Source of the DNA: Bilabrum cf. latius
Lineage: Eukaryota
NCBI GenBank assembly: GCA_965178125.1
Contig: OZ237761.1
Coordinates: 310,001-374,000 of the forward strand
DNA: 64,000 bases
Direction of reading: 5' to 3'
Under the pieces are notes generated by a model that made no database searches, was not told the DNA's origin, and saw only the letters and a program-made list of their open reading frames with translations. Position 1 is the stretch's first letter; each line of letters begins with the position of its first letter. Made by a program: the position numbers and the translations under genes. Below, one piece after another: positions 23,601 through 36,600 of the stretch.

Positions 23601-26600
23601 TGTCAGAGCCAGTGCTAGAGCCCGAGCCCCAGCTGCTTCCGTTGGAGTCGTGGCCGTCCCATCCAGGACCCCAGTCGCCCCCGCTGCCCACGTCGCCTGA
23701 GATCATCACGATGGTGCCGTTGGAGTCCACGCACACCACATACGACTCTCCATCGGTGCTGTTGAGCTCCCACGCACCCTCGAGGGCGGCTCCTAGCTGC
23801 TGCATAGCCAGCTCGGCGATGAGGGATCCAGCGGTCAGGTTGGCTCCGGCCAGATCATGGATCAGCTCATCGAGGCCCGCATCGTCGTCGTCGTGACCGG
23901 CATCGTCGTCGTCGTCGTGACCGGCATCGTCGTCGTCGTCGTGGCTACCACTCACAATGTCAGTGCAGTTCACCGCCTTGTTCGAGACCAGCCCCCCATC
24001 CGGTGAGACGAACGGACCGACCAAGAGCTTCTCGGCGTACGCCGCGCACTTGATCTGTGCCTCCACGTTATCGTCGTACTGCACGTCAGGCATGTACAGG
24101 CCGTATCCGCCGAGGTTGTCAGAGCGGAATAGCACACAGCCGAAGCTCGCGGCAGCCGGCTGGCCCGAAGAAGACCCCTGCTTCCCGTCATCGTCATCGC
24201 CATCGCTGTGGTCATCATCGTGGTCCTCGTAGTCCATCTGAATGGCCAGCAGGTGCTCCTTGTTGCTCCCGAGCGGCTCCCATGCCGTGAAAGCGCTCTC
24301 GCCCACTTCTCCATCGGAGCTGATGTAGAACGTGCCGCTGCTTGCACAAGCCTGGCTCTGCTCCATATCAGGCAGAGACGCGTCGTATCCAGTTGGGAAG
24401 TAGCTGTCGAAGACGTCCATCTTGCTGGTCCAGTTGTACTTGCTGCTGCCGCCCGCGAAGGCATCGTCATCGACACCGTCAAAATCGTCATCGTCGCCTG
24501 CATCGGTGAAGATCATATCGCACACTCCCTCCTGCGCCTCGTTGCGATGCCCAGACATTGTCATCGTGTTGGCGGTCAGCTCGTCGAAGGCCCTGCCCAT
24601 GCATGATTGTCCCGCCTCGGCCACATCGTCTAGGCCCCACGAGTCCAAGGTGTGCACCTGCACCGTGCTGCCGTCGGATCCGATCACCATGCCCGCGCAC
24701 GACAGCTCGAAGTCCGTGCCGTCCGACTCGATGAACAGCACCAGGTGCGTGCCAGTCTCGACCGTGTCGGTCCGAAGGGCCAGGGGGATCATGGTGGTCA
24801 CGCTCACGCTAAACTGCTACAAGCGGCGGCGCAAGACACTGTCAGAGCCAGTGCTAGAGCCCGAGCCCCAGCTGCTTCCGTTGGAGTCGTGGCCGTCCCA
24901 TCCAGGACCCCAGTCGCCCCCGCTGCCCACGTCGCCTGAGATCATCACGATGGTGCCGTTGGAGTCCACGCACACCACATACGACTCTCCATCGGTGCTG
25001 TTGAGCTCCCACGCACCCTCGAGGGCGGCTCCTAGCTGCTGCATAGCCAGCTCGGCGATGAGGGATCCAGCGGTCAGGTTGGCTCCGGCCAGATCATGGA
25101 TCAGCTCATCGAGGCCCGCATCGTCGTCGTCGTGACCGGCATCGTCGTCGTCGTCGTGACCGGCATCGTCGTCGTCGTCGTGGCTACCACTCACAATGTC
25201 AGTGCAGTTCACCGCCTTGTTCGAGACCAGCCCCCCATCCGGTGAGACGAACGGACCGACCAAGAGCTTCTCGGCGTACGCCGCGCACTTGATCTGTGCC
25301 TCCACGTTATCGTCGTACTGCACGTCAGGCATGTACAGGCCGTATCCGCCGAGGTTGTCAGAGCGGAATAGCACACAGCCGAAGCTCGCGGCAGCCGGCT
25401 GGCCCGAAGAAGACCCCTGCTTCCCGTCATCGTCATCGCCATCGCTGTGGTCATCATCGTGGTCCTCGTAGTCCATCTGAATGGCCAGCAGGTGCTCCTT
25501 GTTGCTCCCGAGCGGCTCCCATGCCGTGAAAGCGCTCTCGCCCACTTCTCCATCGGAGCTGATGTAGAACGTGCCGCTGCTTGCACAAGCCTGGCTCTGC
25601 TCCATATCAGGCAGAGACGCGTCGTATCCAGTTGGGAAGTAGCTGTCGAAGACGTCCATCTTGCTGGTCCAGTTGTACTTGCTGCTGCCGCCCGCGAAGG
25701 CATCGTCATCGACACCGTCAAAATCGTCATCGTCGCCTGCATCGGTGAAGATCATATCGCACACTCCCTCCTGCGCCTCGTTGCGATGCCCAGACATTGT
25801 CATCGTGTTGGCGGTCAGCTCGTCGAAGGCCCTGCCCATGCATGATTGTCCCGCCTCGGCCACATCGTCTAGGCCCCACGAGTCCAAGGTGTGCACCTGC
25901 ACCGTGCTGCCGTCGGATCCGATCACCATGCCCGCGCACGACAGCTCGAAGTCCGTGCCGTCCGACTCGATGAACAGCACCAGGTGCGTGCCAGTCTCGA
26001 CCGTGTCGGTCCGAAGGGCCAGGGGGATCATGGTGGTCACGCTCACGCTAAACTGCTACAAGCGGCGGCGCAAGACACTGTCAGAGCCAGTGCTAGAGCC
26101 CGAGCCCCAGCTGCTTCCGTTGGAGTCGTGGCCGTCCCATCCAGGACCCCAGTCGCCCCCGCTGCCCACGTCGCCTGAGATCATCACGATGGTGCCGTTG
26201 GAGTCCACGCACACCACATACGACTCTCCATCGGTGCTGTTGAGCTCCCACGCACCCTCGAGGGCGGCTCCTAGCTGCTGCATAGCCAGCTCGGCGATGA
26301 GGGATCCAGCGGTCAGGTTGGCTCCGGCCAGATCATGGATCAGCTCATCGAGGCCCGCATCGTCGTCGTCGTGACCGGCATCGTCGTCGTCGTCGTGACC
26401 GGCATCGTCGTCGTCGTCGTGGCTACCACTCACAATGTCAGTGCAGTTCACCGCCTTGTTCGAGACCAGCCCCCCATCCGGTGAGACGAACGGACCGACC
26501 AAGAGCTTCTCGGCGTACGCCGCGCACTTGATCTGTGCCTCCACGTTATCGTCGTACTGCACGTCAGGCATGTACAGGCCGTATCCGCCGAGGTTGTCAG

Positions 26601-29600
26601 AGCGGAATAGCACACAGCCGAAGCTCGCGGCAGCCGGCTGGCCCGAAGAAGACCCCTGCTTCCCGTCATCGTCATCGCCATCGCTGTGGTCATCATCGTG
26701 GTCCTCGTAGTCCATCTGAATGGCCAGCAGGTGCTCCTTGTTGCTCCCGAGCGGCTCCCATGCCGTGAAAGCGCTCTCGCCCACTTCTCCATCGGAGCTG
26801 ATGTAGAACGTGCCGCTGCTTGCACAAGCCTGGCTCTGCTCCATATCAGGCAGAGACGCGTCGTATCCAGTTGGGAAGTAGCTGTCGAAGACGTCCATCT
26901 TGCTGGTCCAGTTGTACTTGCTGCTGCCGCCCGCGAAGGCATCGTCATCGACACCGTCAAGATCGTCATCGTCGCCTGCATTGGTGAAGATCATATCGCA
27001 CACTCCCTCCTGCGCCTCGTTGCGATGCCCAGACATTGTCATCGTGTTGGCGGTCAGCTCGTCGAAGGCCCTGCCCGTGCATGATTGTCCCGCCTCGGCC
27101 AGATCGGCAAGGTCCCACAAGCCCAGCGCGTGGAACTGCACCGTGCTGCCGTCGGATCCGATCACCATGCCCGCGCACGACAGCTCGAAGTCCGTGCCGT
27201 CCGACTCGATGAACAGCACCAGGTGCGTACCAGTCTCGACCGTGTCGGTCCGAAGGGCCAGGGGGATCATGGTGGTCACGCTCACGCCCGAGCCCCAGTC
27301 GCTTCCGTTGCCCGTGCCCACGTCGCCTGAGAGCATCACGATGGTACCATTGGAGTCCACGCACGCCACATGCGTGCCTCCGTCGGTGCTGTTGAGGTCC
27401 CAGGCGCCCTGGGAGGCTCCCAGCTCCTGCATGGCCAGCTCGCCGATGAGGGATCCAGCGGTCAGGTTGGCTCCGGCCAGATCATGGATCATGTCAAGAA
27501 GGCCGGCATCATCGTCATTGCCGCCGTCAAGATCGTCATCGTCGCCTGCATCGGTGAAGAACGGACCGCACACTCCCTCCTGCGCCTCGTTGCGATGCCC
27601 AGACATTGTCATCGTGTTGGCGGTCAGCTCGTCGAAGGCCCTGCCCGTGCATGATTGTCCCGCCTCGGCCAGATCGGCAAGGTCCCACAAGCCCAGCGCG
27701 TGGAACTGCACCGTGCTGCCGTCGGATCCGATCACCATGCCCGCGCACGACAGCTCGAAGTCCGTGCCGTCCGACTCGATGAACAGCACCAGGTGCGTAC
27801 CAGTCTCGACCGTGTCGGTCCGAAGGGCCAGGGGGATCATGGTGGTCACGCTCACGCCCGAGCCCCAGTCGCTTCCGTTGCCCGTGCCCACGTCGCCTGA
27901 GAGCATCACGATGGTACCATTGGAGTCCACGCACGCCACATGCGTGCCTCCGTCGGTGCTGTTGAGGTCCCAGGCGCCCTAGGAGGCTCCCAGCTCCTGC
28001 ATGGCCAGCTCGCCGATGAGGGATCCAGCGGTCAGGTTGGCTCCGGCCAGATCATGGAACATGTCAAGAAGGCCGGCATCATCGTCATTGCCGCCGTCAA
28101 GATCGTCATCGTCGCCTGCATCGGTGAAGATCATATCGCACACTCCCTCCTGCGCCTCGTTGCGATGCCCAGACATTGTCATCGTGTTGGCGGTCAGCTC
28201 GTCGAAGGCCCTGCCCATGCATGATTGTCCCGCCTCGGCCAGATCGGCAAGGTCCCACAAGCCCAGCGCGTGGAACTGCACCGTGCTGCCGTCGGATCCG
28301 ATCACCATGCCCGCGCACGACAGCTCGAAGTCCGTGCCGTCCGACTCGATGAACAGCACCAGGTGCGTACCAGTCTCGACCGTGTCGGTCCGAAGGGCCA
28401 GGGGGATCATGGTGGTCACGCTCACGCCCGAGCCCCAGTCGCTTCCGTTGCCCGTGCCCACGTCGCCTGAGAGCATCACGATGGTACCATTGGAGTCCAC
28501 GCACGCCACATGCGTGCCTCCGTCGGTGCTGTTGAGGTCCCAGGCGCCCTGGGAGGCTCCCAGCTCCTGCATGGCCAGCTCGCCGATGAGGGATCCAGCG
28601 GTCAGGTTGGCTCCGGCCAGATCATGGATCATGTCAAGAAGGCCGGCATCATCGTCATTGCCGCCGTCAAGATCGTCATCGTCGCCTGCATCGGTGAAGA
28701 ACGGACCGCACACTCCCTCCTGCGCCTCGTTGCGATGCCCAGACATTGTCATCGTGTTGGCGGTCAGCTCGTCGAAGGCCCTGCCCGTGCATGATTGTCC
28801 CGCCTCGGCCAGATCGGCAAGGTCCCACAAGCCCAGCGCGTGGAACTGCACCGTGCTGCCGTCGGATCCGATCACCATGCCCGCGCACGACAGCTCGAAG
28901 TCCGTGCCGTCCGACTCGATGAACAGCACCAGGTGCGTACCAGTCTCGACCGTGTCGGTCCGAAGGGCCAGGGGGATCATGGTGGTCACGCTCACGCCCG
29001 AGCCCCAGTCGCTTCCGTTGCCCGTGCCCACGTCGCCTGAGAGCATCACGATGGTACCATTGGAGTCCACGCACGCCACATGCGTGCCTCCGTCGGTGCT
29101 GTTGAGGTCCCAGGCGCCCTAGGAGGCTCCCAGCTCCTGCATGGCCAGCTCGCCGATGAGGGATCCAGCGGTCAGGTTGGCTCCGGCCAGATCATGGATC
29201 ATGTCAAGAAGGCCGGCATCATCGTCATTGCCGCCGTCAAGATCGTCATCGTCGCCTGCATCGGTGAAGAACGGACCGCACACTCCCTCCTGCGCCTCGT
29301 TGCGATGCCCAGACATTGTCATCGTGTTGGCGGTCAGCTCGTCGAAGGCCCTGCCCATGCATGATTGTCCCGCCTCGGCCAGATCGGCAAGGTCCCACAA
29401 GCCCAGCGCGTGGAACTGCACCGTGCTGCCGTCGGGTCCGATCACCATGCCCACGCACGACAGCTCGGAGTCCGTGCCGTCCGACTCGATGAACAGCACC
29501 AGGTGCGTGCCAGTCTCGACCGTGTCGGTCCGAAGGGCCAGGGGGATCATGGTGGTCACGCTCACGCCCGAGCCCCAGTCGCTTCCGTTGCCCGTGCCCA

Positions 29601-31005
29601 CGTCGCCTGAGAGCATCACGATGGTACCATTGGAGTCCACGCACGCCACATGCGTGCCTCCGTCGGTGCTGTTGAGGTCCCAGGCGCCCTAGGAGGCTCC
29701 CAGCTCCTGCATGGCCAGCTCGCCGATGAGGGATCCAGCGGTCAGGTTGGCTCCGGCCAGATCATGGAACATGTCAAGAAGGCCGGCATCATCGTCATTG
29801 CCGCCGTCAAGATCGTCATCGTCGCCTGCATCGGTGAAGATCATATCGCACACTCCCTCCTGCGCCTCGTTGCGATGCCCAGACATTGTCATCGTGTTGG
29901 CGGTCAGCTCGTCGAAGGCCCTGCCCATGCATGATTGTCCCGCCTCGGCCAGATCGGCAAGGTCCCACAAGCCCAGCGCGTGGAACTGCACCGTGCTGCC
30001 GTCGGGTCCGATCACCATGCCCGCGCACGACAGCTCGGAGTCCATGCCTTCCGATTCGATGAACAGCACCAGGTGCGTGCCAGTCTCGACCGTGTCGGTC
30101 CGAAGGGCCAGGGGGATCATGGTGGTCACGCTCACGTTCCAGCCCCATGTGCTTCCGTTGCCGCCGGTGGATCCATTGGAGTCGTGACCGTCCCATCCAG
30201 GACCCCAGTCGCCCCCGCTGCCCACGTCGCCTGAGAGCATCACGATGGTACCATTGGAGTCCACGCACGCCACATGCGTGCCTCCGTCGGTGCTGTTGAG
30301 GTCCCAGGCGCCCTAGGAGGCTCCCAGCTCCTGCATGGCCAGCTCGCCGATGAGGGATCCAGCGGTCAGGTTGGCTCCGGCCAGATCATGGAACATGTCA
30401 AGGAAGCCGGCACTGCCACCATTGGCGTCACCATCATGTTCGTTATCCTCAGCCGAAAAGAATTCGTTGTCGCCGGTCAGCTGGGCGCACACCGCAGGTG
30501 TACCATCTTCTGCTTTAAACGTCCGGCTTGTGTCCAGGAGATTCGCGTAGTCGCGCTGCATGCAGCTGCTCAGCGCTTCCTGTGCCTCGGACTGGTTCCA
30601 GGAACCCAGCTCGTGGAAGTAGACGGCTTCATCTGTGTTTTCGATCCCCTCGCAGGACAGGCTTACGTTCTGCTGTCCTGGTGCCTCTACGGCGAAGAGC
30701 ACTGCAGCACCTGTCTCTCCGTCGGTTGCAACCGCGAGCACGTGCTTGCGCGTGTCGCTCGACGCGTCGAAGCTCGTCGCTCCGGGCGACACCACGAGCA
30801 TGGTGCCGTTTCCATCTATGCAAGCGACATGCTTGTCTTGGTTCTGGTCGGTCGTCGTAAAATTCCAAGCGCCACCGAGCTGCTCGCCTGCAAACTCGCG
30901 TGCCACTTGGCCGACCATGGCACCGCTCGGAGCTGCGGCCGGGCCAAAAATGTCTTCGTACGATATCGCCGTGGCAGTGCCTTGGAGGACAATCGCTGCA
31001 GTCAT
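20662..31005 (-). CDS. Giant (~3450 aa) acidic repetitive cell-surface protein with tandem 190-aa and 413-aa modules, two EGF-like domains, a Cys-rich CxDGxxNGDETxxDCG module and a C-terminal TM helix
   Basis: The ORF-track pieces from 30313-31272 down to 20662-21429 share one frame and are separated only by TAG. EGF-like: DPCVPNPCRNGATCSSGKGIDFTCEC and PCADEPCGNGVC..YECFCDPGW. TM: LIGGIIGALVLLCICGGVYYW. Ends at TGA 20662. The start is uncertain (possible upstream exon). Confidence 0.85.
22539..22704. repeat. 21-bp coding minisatellite encoding (GHDDDDA)n, ~8 units
   Basis: Tandem copies of CATCGTCGTCGTCGTGACC(G/A)G. Confidence 0.9.
22680..27080. repeat. 1239-bp near-identical tandem repeat (~3.5 copies; 413 codons each)
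   Basis: Identical ORFs recur at 22718, 23957, 25196 and 26435, and stops recur at 23578, 24817 and 26056 (spacing 1239). Boundaries approximate. Confidence 0.92.
26960..30410. repeat. 570-bp near-identical tandem repeat (~6 copies; 190 codons each), sharing a core with the 1239-bp unit
   Basis: ORFs recur at 27085, 27655, 28225, 28795, 29365 and 29935 (spacing 570). Boundaries approximate. Confidence 0.92.
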
Positions 31006-32619
31006 TGCTGCTATGGCTGCGAGGTGAAAGTAAATTCGATTCGGAGGGGCTGCAAATGTGGCCGGGGTGCCGAGACATCGCCGGACCTTGGCCTGTTTGG
31101 TCCACAAATCGCGCCTCAGCTGATTTAGCGGATCAAAGCATGTGCACGTCGCATTCATCCTAAGACTATTGACAACAGAGCATAGAGCAACAATTATACG
31201 TTTCACGCTGTTTAAAGCGCAAAAGGCCTCCATTCTAGCAAGGTTGGCTCGGCTTTTTGCTAGATCTAGCACGTCGCGTCGAGTGTGCTTGCTCCTTGTT
31301 CAGCCAGAATCCTGCACGCAGTGCAAGCTGCAGTGAAACACTGCTACTGTTTCAAATCGTTACAATTATTTTCTCTGGCTCTTGCACCTTGCGTGATCAT
31401 ATTGGAAGCCAGGATTGCCTCGCAGCCTCAGAGCCGGCAGGCGTGCGCTTGTGCCGACGTCAGGTGCCAAGCAAGCTACCCAACAGGGTTCTGCAAGCAC
31501 AAGTCCGACGCAATCGATTGTTTGATTAATCTCACCCAGCATCATTACCGCAGCAATCAGCAAGTCTGCTGGTGTATGTGTGGCGAATCGGCGACTCGCA
31601 CAGTGCCCTGGACCCCGCCGGGGGTCTCCCGGAGGGGTGGGCCACCGGCGTTCCCCTGGGGGTCACGGCCCGTACCAGTGGGGTCCTTTCCGGTATGATT
31701 GCTCGAAAAACCACGATTCTCTTGCTTGCTTGCACATCTTCGAAGACAAGGAATGGTATGCATGATGGGCGAAAGTTCCAATAACTAAACGTGTATTCCT
31801 GGAGCACAGCACACCGCCGGCGACGGAACCAGTTGCAGCGGCACGAAACAGAGGTGATTACCTTGAAATGTTCAGCGTAGAGCTCTGGAACCAGAGGAAT
31901 TTTGCAACTTCGCCTGAGGGCTATCAATTTCGCGAGGCCGTCGTATGTACGGAGACACTCGCCAGGTGCATCGCTAGAGACGCAGAAAGAGACCGGAGCA
32001 ATCAACTCCTGAAGTGGAGCCGGATACAACGGAAAAAGAGGCCGCGCCACCAACGGCTATCAACACGCTCACCCGTGAGATGTGCATGTTGACCTATTTC
32101 GTTCGTTGGTGAGGCCAGCAAGGTCTCTGAGATTGAGGTCGCGCGGTGGGCGCAGGACCCGTTCGAGGTGCAGGAGCAGATGCGACGTTGCGATGCGGAG
32201 GAGTGAGAGAGAGAGAGAAAGCGGCTAGGGATGCAGACCAGGAGCGGCGGCGACGCGGGGTGGGCGACGGATGTAAAGGGGGGTGGTGTGGGTGGAGCAG
32301 AGAGAGAGAAGGCGATAGATGGGCGGGGGGGCAAAGCAGGGAGGAGGGGGGGGACGGCGGTTCACCAAGTGGGGAGGAAGTAGTGGAGGAGAAGATGAGT
32401 GGTGGGGTCATCGGGTTGATACGGCGGATAGAAAGGGGGAGGCATAGGCCGGGCAGGTGGGGGTTTGGGCATGTGGGGGACGAGTGACTCGGATCAGGGG
32501 GGATCGGATCACCCGACCACATGCGGATGTGGAAGTTGAGAGGTCACAAATAGACTCGAGCGGCAATCAAGCCGCGTGCTATTCGGGCGCTGAGGGGCAG
32601 CGCTCGCCAGTTTTCTTTT

Positions 32620-33400
32620 TGGTAACTTTGAGGATGGGCTCTTGGAGGAAACCAACAGCAACCATGTGTGACTGTCTGCGAGATTAGGGTGCTGTGTACA
32701 ACGTGTGATCTCAAGCGCACATTAGCCCTCTGACGAGCCAGGTAAAATCGGAGGAGTGCGCAATCACCACCGGCCCAGGCCACGCCGAGATCGACAAGAC
32801 CAAGGCCCAGAGAGGGGCCAGTGGCGGCCGAGCCGCTGCTGCAGGAGAGCCACCGGACGTTGAGGCGGAAGGGGCCACCAAAGCGGAGGAAAGAGCTGCT
32901 ATGGGCAGGCGTCCAGGAGATAGAGAGACGGAGGTCCAGGAGATAGAAAGACGGAGGGCGCTGTGTGGGACAGGCCTCGGGACGACCCCGGAGATGGATG
33001 GCCCGATGAGAGCGGCGAGAAGAGCACGAGCGGTTTCCAATAGTATGCGGAGCGGACCCTCATGAAGATCGTGCAGGAGGCGACAGTGCAAGAGACACCC
33101 AGGGAGATCAGCACGGTGGATACCGAGGACAGAAACGACTCGGTTGACATCATCATGGCGAGGGACGGCGAGAAACCTATCCACGTGGACGTCACCACGA
33201 TAGACCCGGCCGCAAGGGAGAGGCAGTTCGGGAATGAGAGGGGGATAGGCACCAGTGACCGATAGGCCCACAGGTTGAGGTCGATAGCGAAGAGGACCCA
33301 GGCCATCTCCCAGGACGTTGCAGTCCTGGCTATAGGGCGCCTAGGTTGTGGGGCGCGCGGGCCGGGGCTGCCACTGGCACGAGGATGTGACGAGCTCGAA
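32620..33400 (+). mobile_element. Probable decayed non-LTR retrotransposon 3' fragment (CRE/RLE-endonuclease type)
   Basis: Motifs in order but in shifting frames: LVTLRMG..MCDC, GGVRNHH, PVAAEPLL, DSVDIIMARDGEKPIHVDVTTIDP, RSIAKRTQ..VAVLAIGRLG. These resemble the Zn-knuckle and restriction-like endonuclease of CRE-type elements. No RT domain seen; recognition is by eye. Confidence 0.35.
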
Positions 33401-33664
33401 ATATGCGTTCCGCGACTAATGTTGGTCAGCATTAATCACCAAAGACGAGCCTAGTTTGCAGCTAGTAGCTGTAGGAGGGGTCCAGCAACATCAGCCTTCT
33501 AAATCTTGAAGAGGTCCCGCGATCGAGTGTCAGCTGGCCGCGGCGGTGGCGACCACTTGCTGCCAGCCTGGTGCAACGGTCAGCGACGGCAAAGAAACGA
33601 GCTTGCTGCTTGCAACCTTCTACGGCACTGCATTATACTGCCCACAAGTTGTGTCTCTAATAGT

Positions 33665-36600
33665 ATGCCGAGTGGAATGCCGCGGAATGACAGCAAGAAT
33701 GAGCGGCAGCATGCTCGATGGCTGTATGAGTGTGCAGACAAACTAAGACAGTGCAAACGCGAGGTTGGGTGGCTAGGCTCCGTAAGACGAACCAGATCAT
33801 ATTGTCCAGTGACTACTTCATTCCAATCGAAACAGGCGTATGGCACAGTCATGTTCTCGACTGCAACACTTTCATTGGCTTCGGCGCTATTAAACGGCCT
33901 CGCAGTTTACTGACCAGGAGATGGAGACAACGTATCGCGCGTACAAGCCTGATTGTTAGACTCGGAAGTATTACTGGGTGTTTCCATCCATTTGCATGTC
34001 GTCAGGCATTACCATTGTCGCAGCGGTTTCCTGTCTCTTGCGTTCAATCCTTCACGCCACCGCCTGGGACAGGGCAACCTTTGTTCCAGATCGAGTAGGC
34101 AGGTCTGTACCATCTGAAGTATATGGTATCGACAGCAAACCGGTGGACGGCGCCCGCTTAGTTGGATGGGAAGCACTTCTCGGGGTGGGTTGTGGGTCTG
34201 CCATCGCCGCAGCGCTTCTATCCGCTGTTGTAGCGATCGGATGCACCGCCAGTTAGCCGGATCCTTTGAAGCTTGATGGCTTGGATTCTGAAATGTCAAT
34301 GCTACGATCGTCATAGCTCCGGTGGCGAAGGCAGCTCATTGCGATTTCGCTGTCGGTGTGCACCTGCGGCCTGATACTCCAAGAAGCGCTCCTCGGTGGC
34401 GGGGGAGGAGCTGGGTGCCTGGTTCCAGCGCTGATTGTTGCGGCAGCATCCGCAATTCTCGGCCTGGACGACGCGTCGCTGCTGCTTTGGAACACGGTGC
34501 TTCCGTTCGCCGTGTGTGCAACTGGAAGCGTTGTTGTCGACGGAGCACTGCAGGCAGGCAGTGCCCCCGTCCTGCGGGATCCAGTGGCTAGTGCGACCGA
34601 TGGTCTCTGTGCCGTTCTTCTTGTCCTTGTCGCGCTGGCCGGGGCCGTGGTGCAGGCCTCCAGGGAACGGGTCCGCTTCAGCGAGCTGATCGACTCGGAA
34701 TCAAAGCGCTCGTCCATCGCAAAGAGCTACAGGGTCGTCAAGCGGATCTCCATGGCCCACTCGGACCCCGCAACGGCTGCAGCCGCTGCCACCACGGGTG
34801 CCGACACGGCGAGAACCGGTACCGTGTCCACCACCGGCTCTGCTGGCACGGCGGGCACTGGCACGAGCGGAAAGGCGGCACGAGCCGGTGGTGCCGCCGC
34901 GGCGATGGAAATGATGGACCCGGCAGCGGAGCTCGGGCCGGGCACCGAGCTGACCGAGGAGGAAATGTCCCTGTCACCCATGCAGCTGGCCCTCAGGCGA
35001 CTCAAGGAAATCTCGAGGGAGGAGCCCAGGATCAGGGAACAAATCGAGGACCTGGTGACCATCGTGCTGGAGAACACGGCACATGGGGGGAACAGCGACG
35101 CCGGCAGGGGTGGGGGGTGGACGCCGTCGGGGGGAAAAGGAGTGGGTGACGCGCTGGAGGCCACGGTGCGGGGCACGCTGCAACGAGCTGCCAAACTGGA
35201 GATGATGAGAAAGAGGAGGCGAGAGGCCATCAGCGGCAAGCAATCCAACTCTGCGTCCGATGCCTCGATCGAGTCGAAGCAGGCAGCGGGATGGGGTGCT
35301 GCGGCGGGTGGCGCTGCTGCTGGAAGGCAGGCCATCATCGATGAGGAGCAAAAGCAGGGGCAGAGACAGGCGCAGCTGTTCGGTCCGGAGGGCGAAGCCT
35401 TGGACGGCCAGCCCTTCGAAATGGACCCCGGCACCAAGCAGTGGCTCGTGTCCATCCTAGCCCCATGGGAGCAGGATGAGCAGTCGAACCAGGGCCTCTC
35501 TCTAGAGGCAGGCAGCGCAGGGTCCTTTGCAGGAGTCGGGGCAGAGACTTCGCGCGGTTCCGGCCGCCCCGAGTCTGCTTCCAGTGGCAGCGTCACGCAC
35601 AGCACGGGCAGCCGATCAGGCGACGAGGGTGAGGCTGTACCCGGGCCGTCCGGAATGTCTGGCGTCTTGGCACCTTCCACCGGGGGCGGCATGCATCGAG
35701 CCCAGTCGCAGAAGACTAGTGGTGGGACGCTGCAGCCGCCGTCCATGCACAAGGCAACTTCTGACGGTGTCGCACTGGACAGTGGCGGGTCGGAGCAGTC
35801 CCCTCGTTCCGACCCGTTTGCGCAAAGACAGCCCATGGCAGTCAACGGTATGGGTGCATCATCGCATGGCGGTGCTAAAGCACAGAGCCAGAACAGGATG
35901 CTGCCCCGCTCGACAACGACCGCAGTCGCGCCTCGCTCCAACATCTTCGGAAGAGCGAAGGACGCCGCGACCGTGGAGAGGGCCTCTGGTGGCACACCAC
36001 GCCGAGAGAAGCGACGGCGGGGCAGCACAACAGGGGTGCACTCCCCACGGAAAGCATCTGCAGAAGTGGCTGGAGCTAACGGAAAGCCACCCAAGCCGCG
36101 GCGGCAGAGGCGGCTGTCAGCTCCCGTCGGAATGCGGTTCCGGAGGGTATTTGTATCGCTGGACGAGGACGAAACTCTCGTGCGTGTAGACCGTAGAGGT
36201 CGCAAGATCGGGCCGGCGGTGGACAGCGGAGCCTCTTCAAAGCCCTCAGAGCAGGGAGCTGATGTGAGCGCGCACAAGGAGTCCGGCATGCCCACCTCCA
36301 AGCCAACTGCGCCCACCTCGGACGGGTCATCAGGGATTACCGCAGTGGCCGTCAGCTCCGGTGGGGCAAGTACCTCCACAGAGGCCAACTCCAGGGCCGT
36401 TGCTGGCTCTCTGGCTGCGGAAGGTTCCTTGGGGCACACTGCCGGTGGATCGCAGCGGGCACCCGACAAGTCTTTCGTTTTGGTGCGGAAGGGGCCCGGC
36501 CCAACGGGCCCTGTGGCAGCCGCAGCCTCGCAGGCCCAGGTCACGAGGGGAAGCAGCCAAACGGAGCGAAGGAGCGCAAGCGATCCAGACGCATCACAGT

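Noticed and set aside
22539-30410. CRISPR array or tandem array of separate genes
   Set aside because: There are no unique spacers. Unit lengths are multiples of 3 and sit in one continuous reading frame with a single C-terminal TM anchor.
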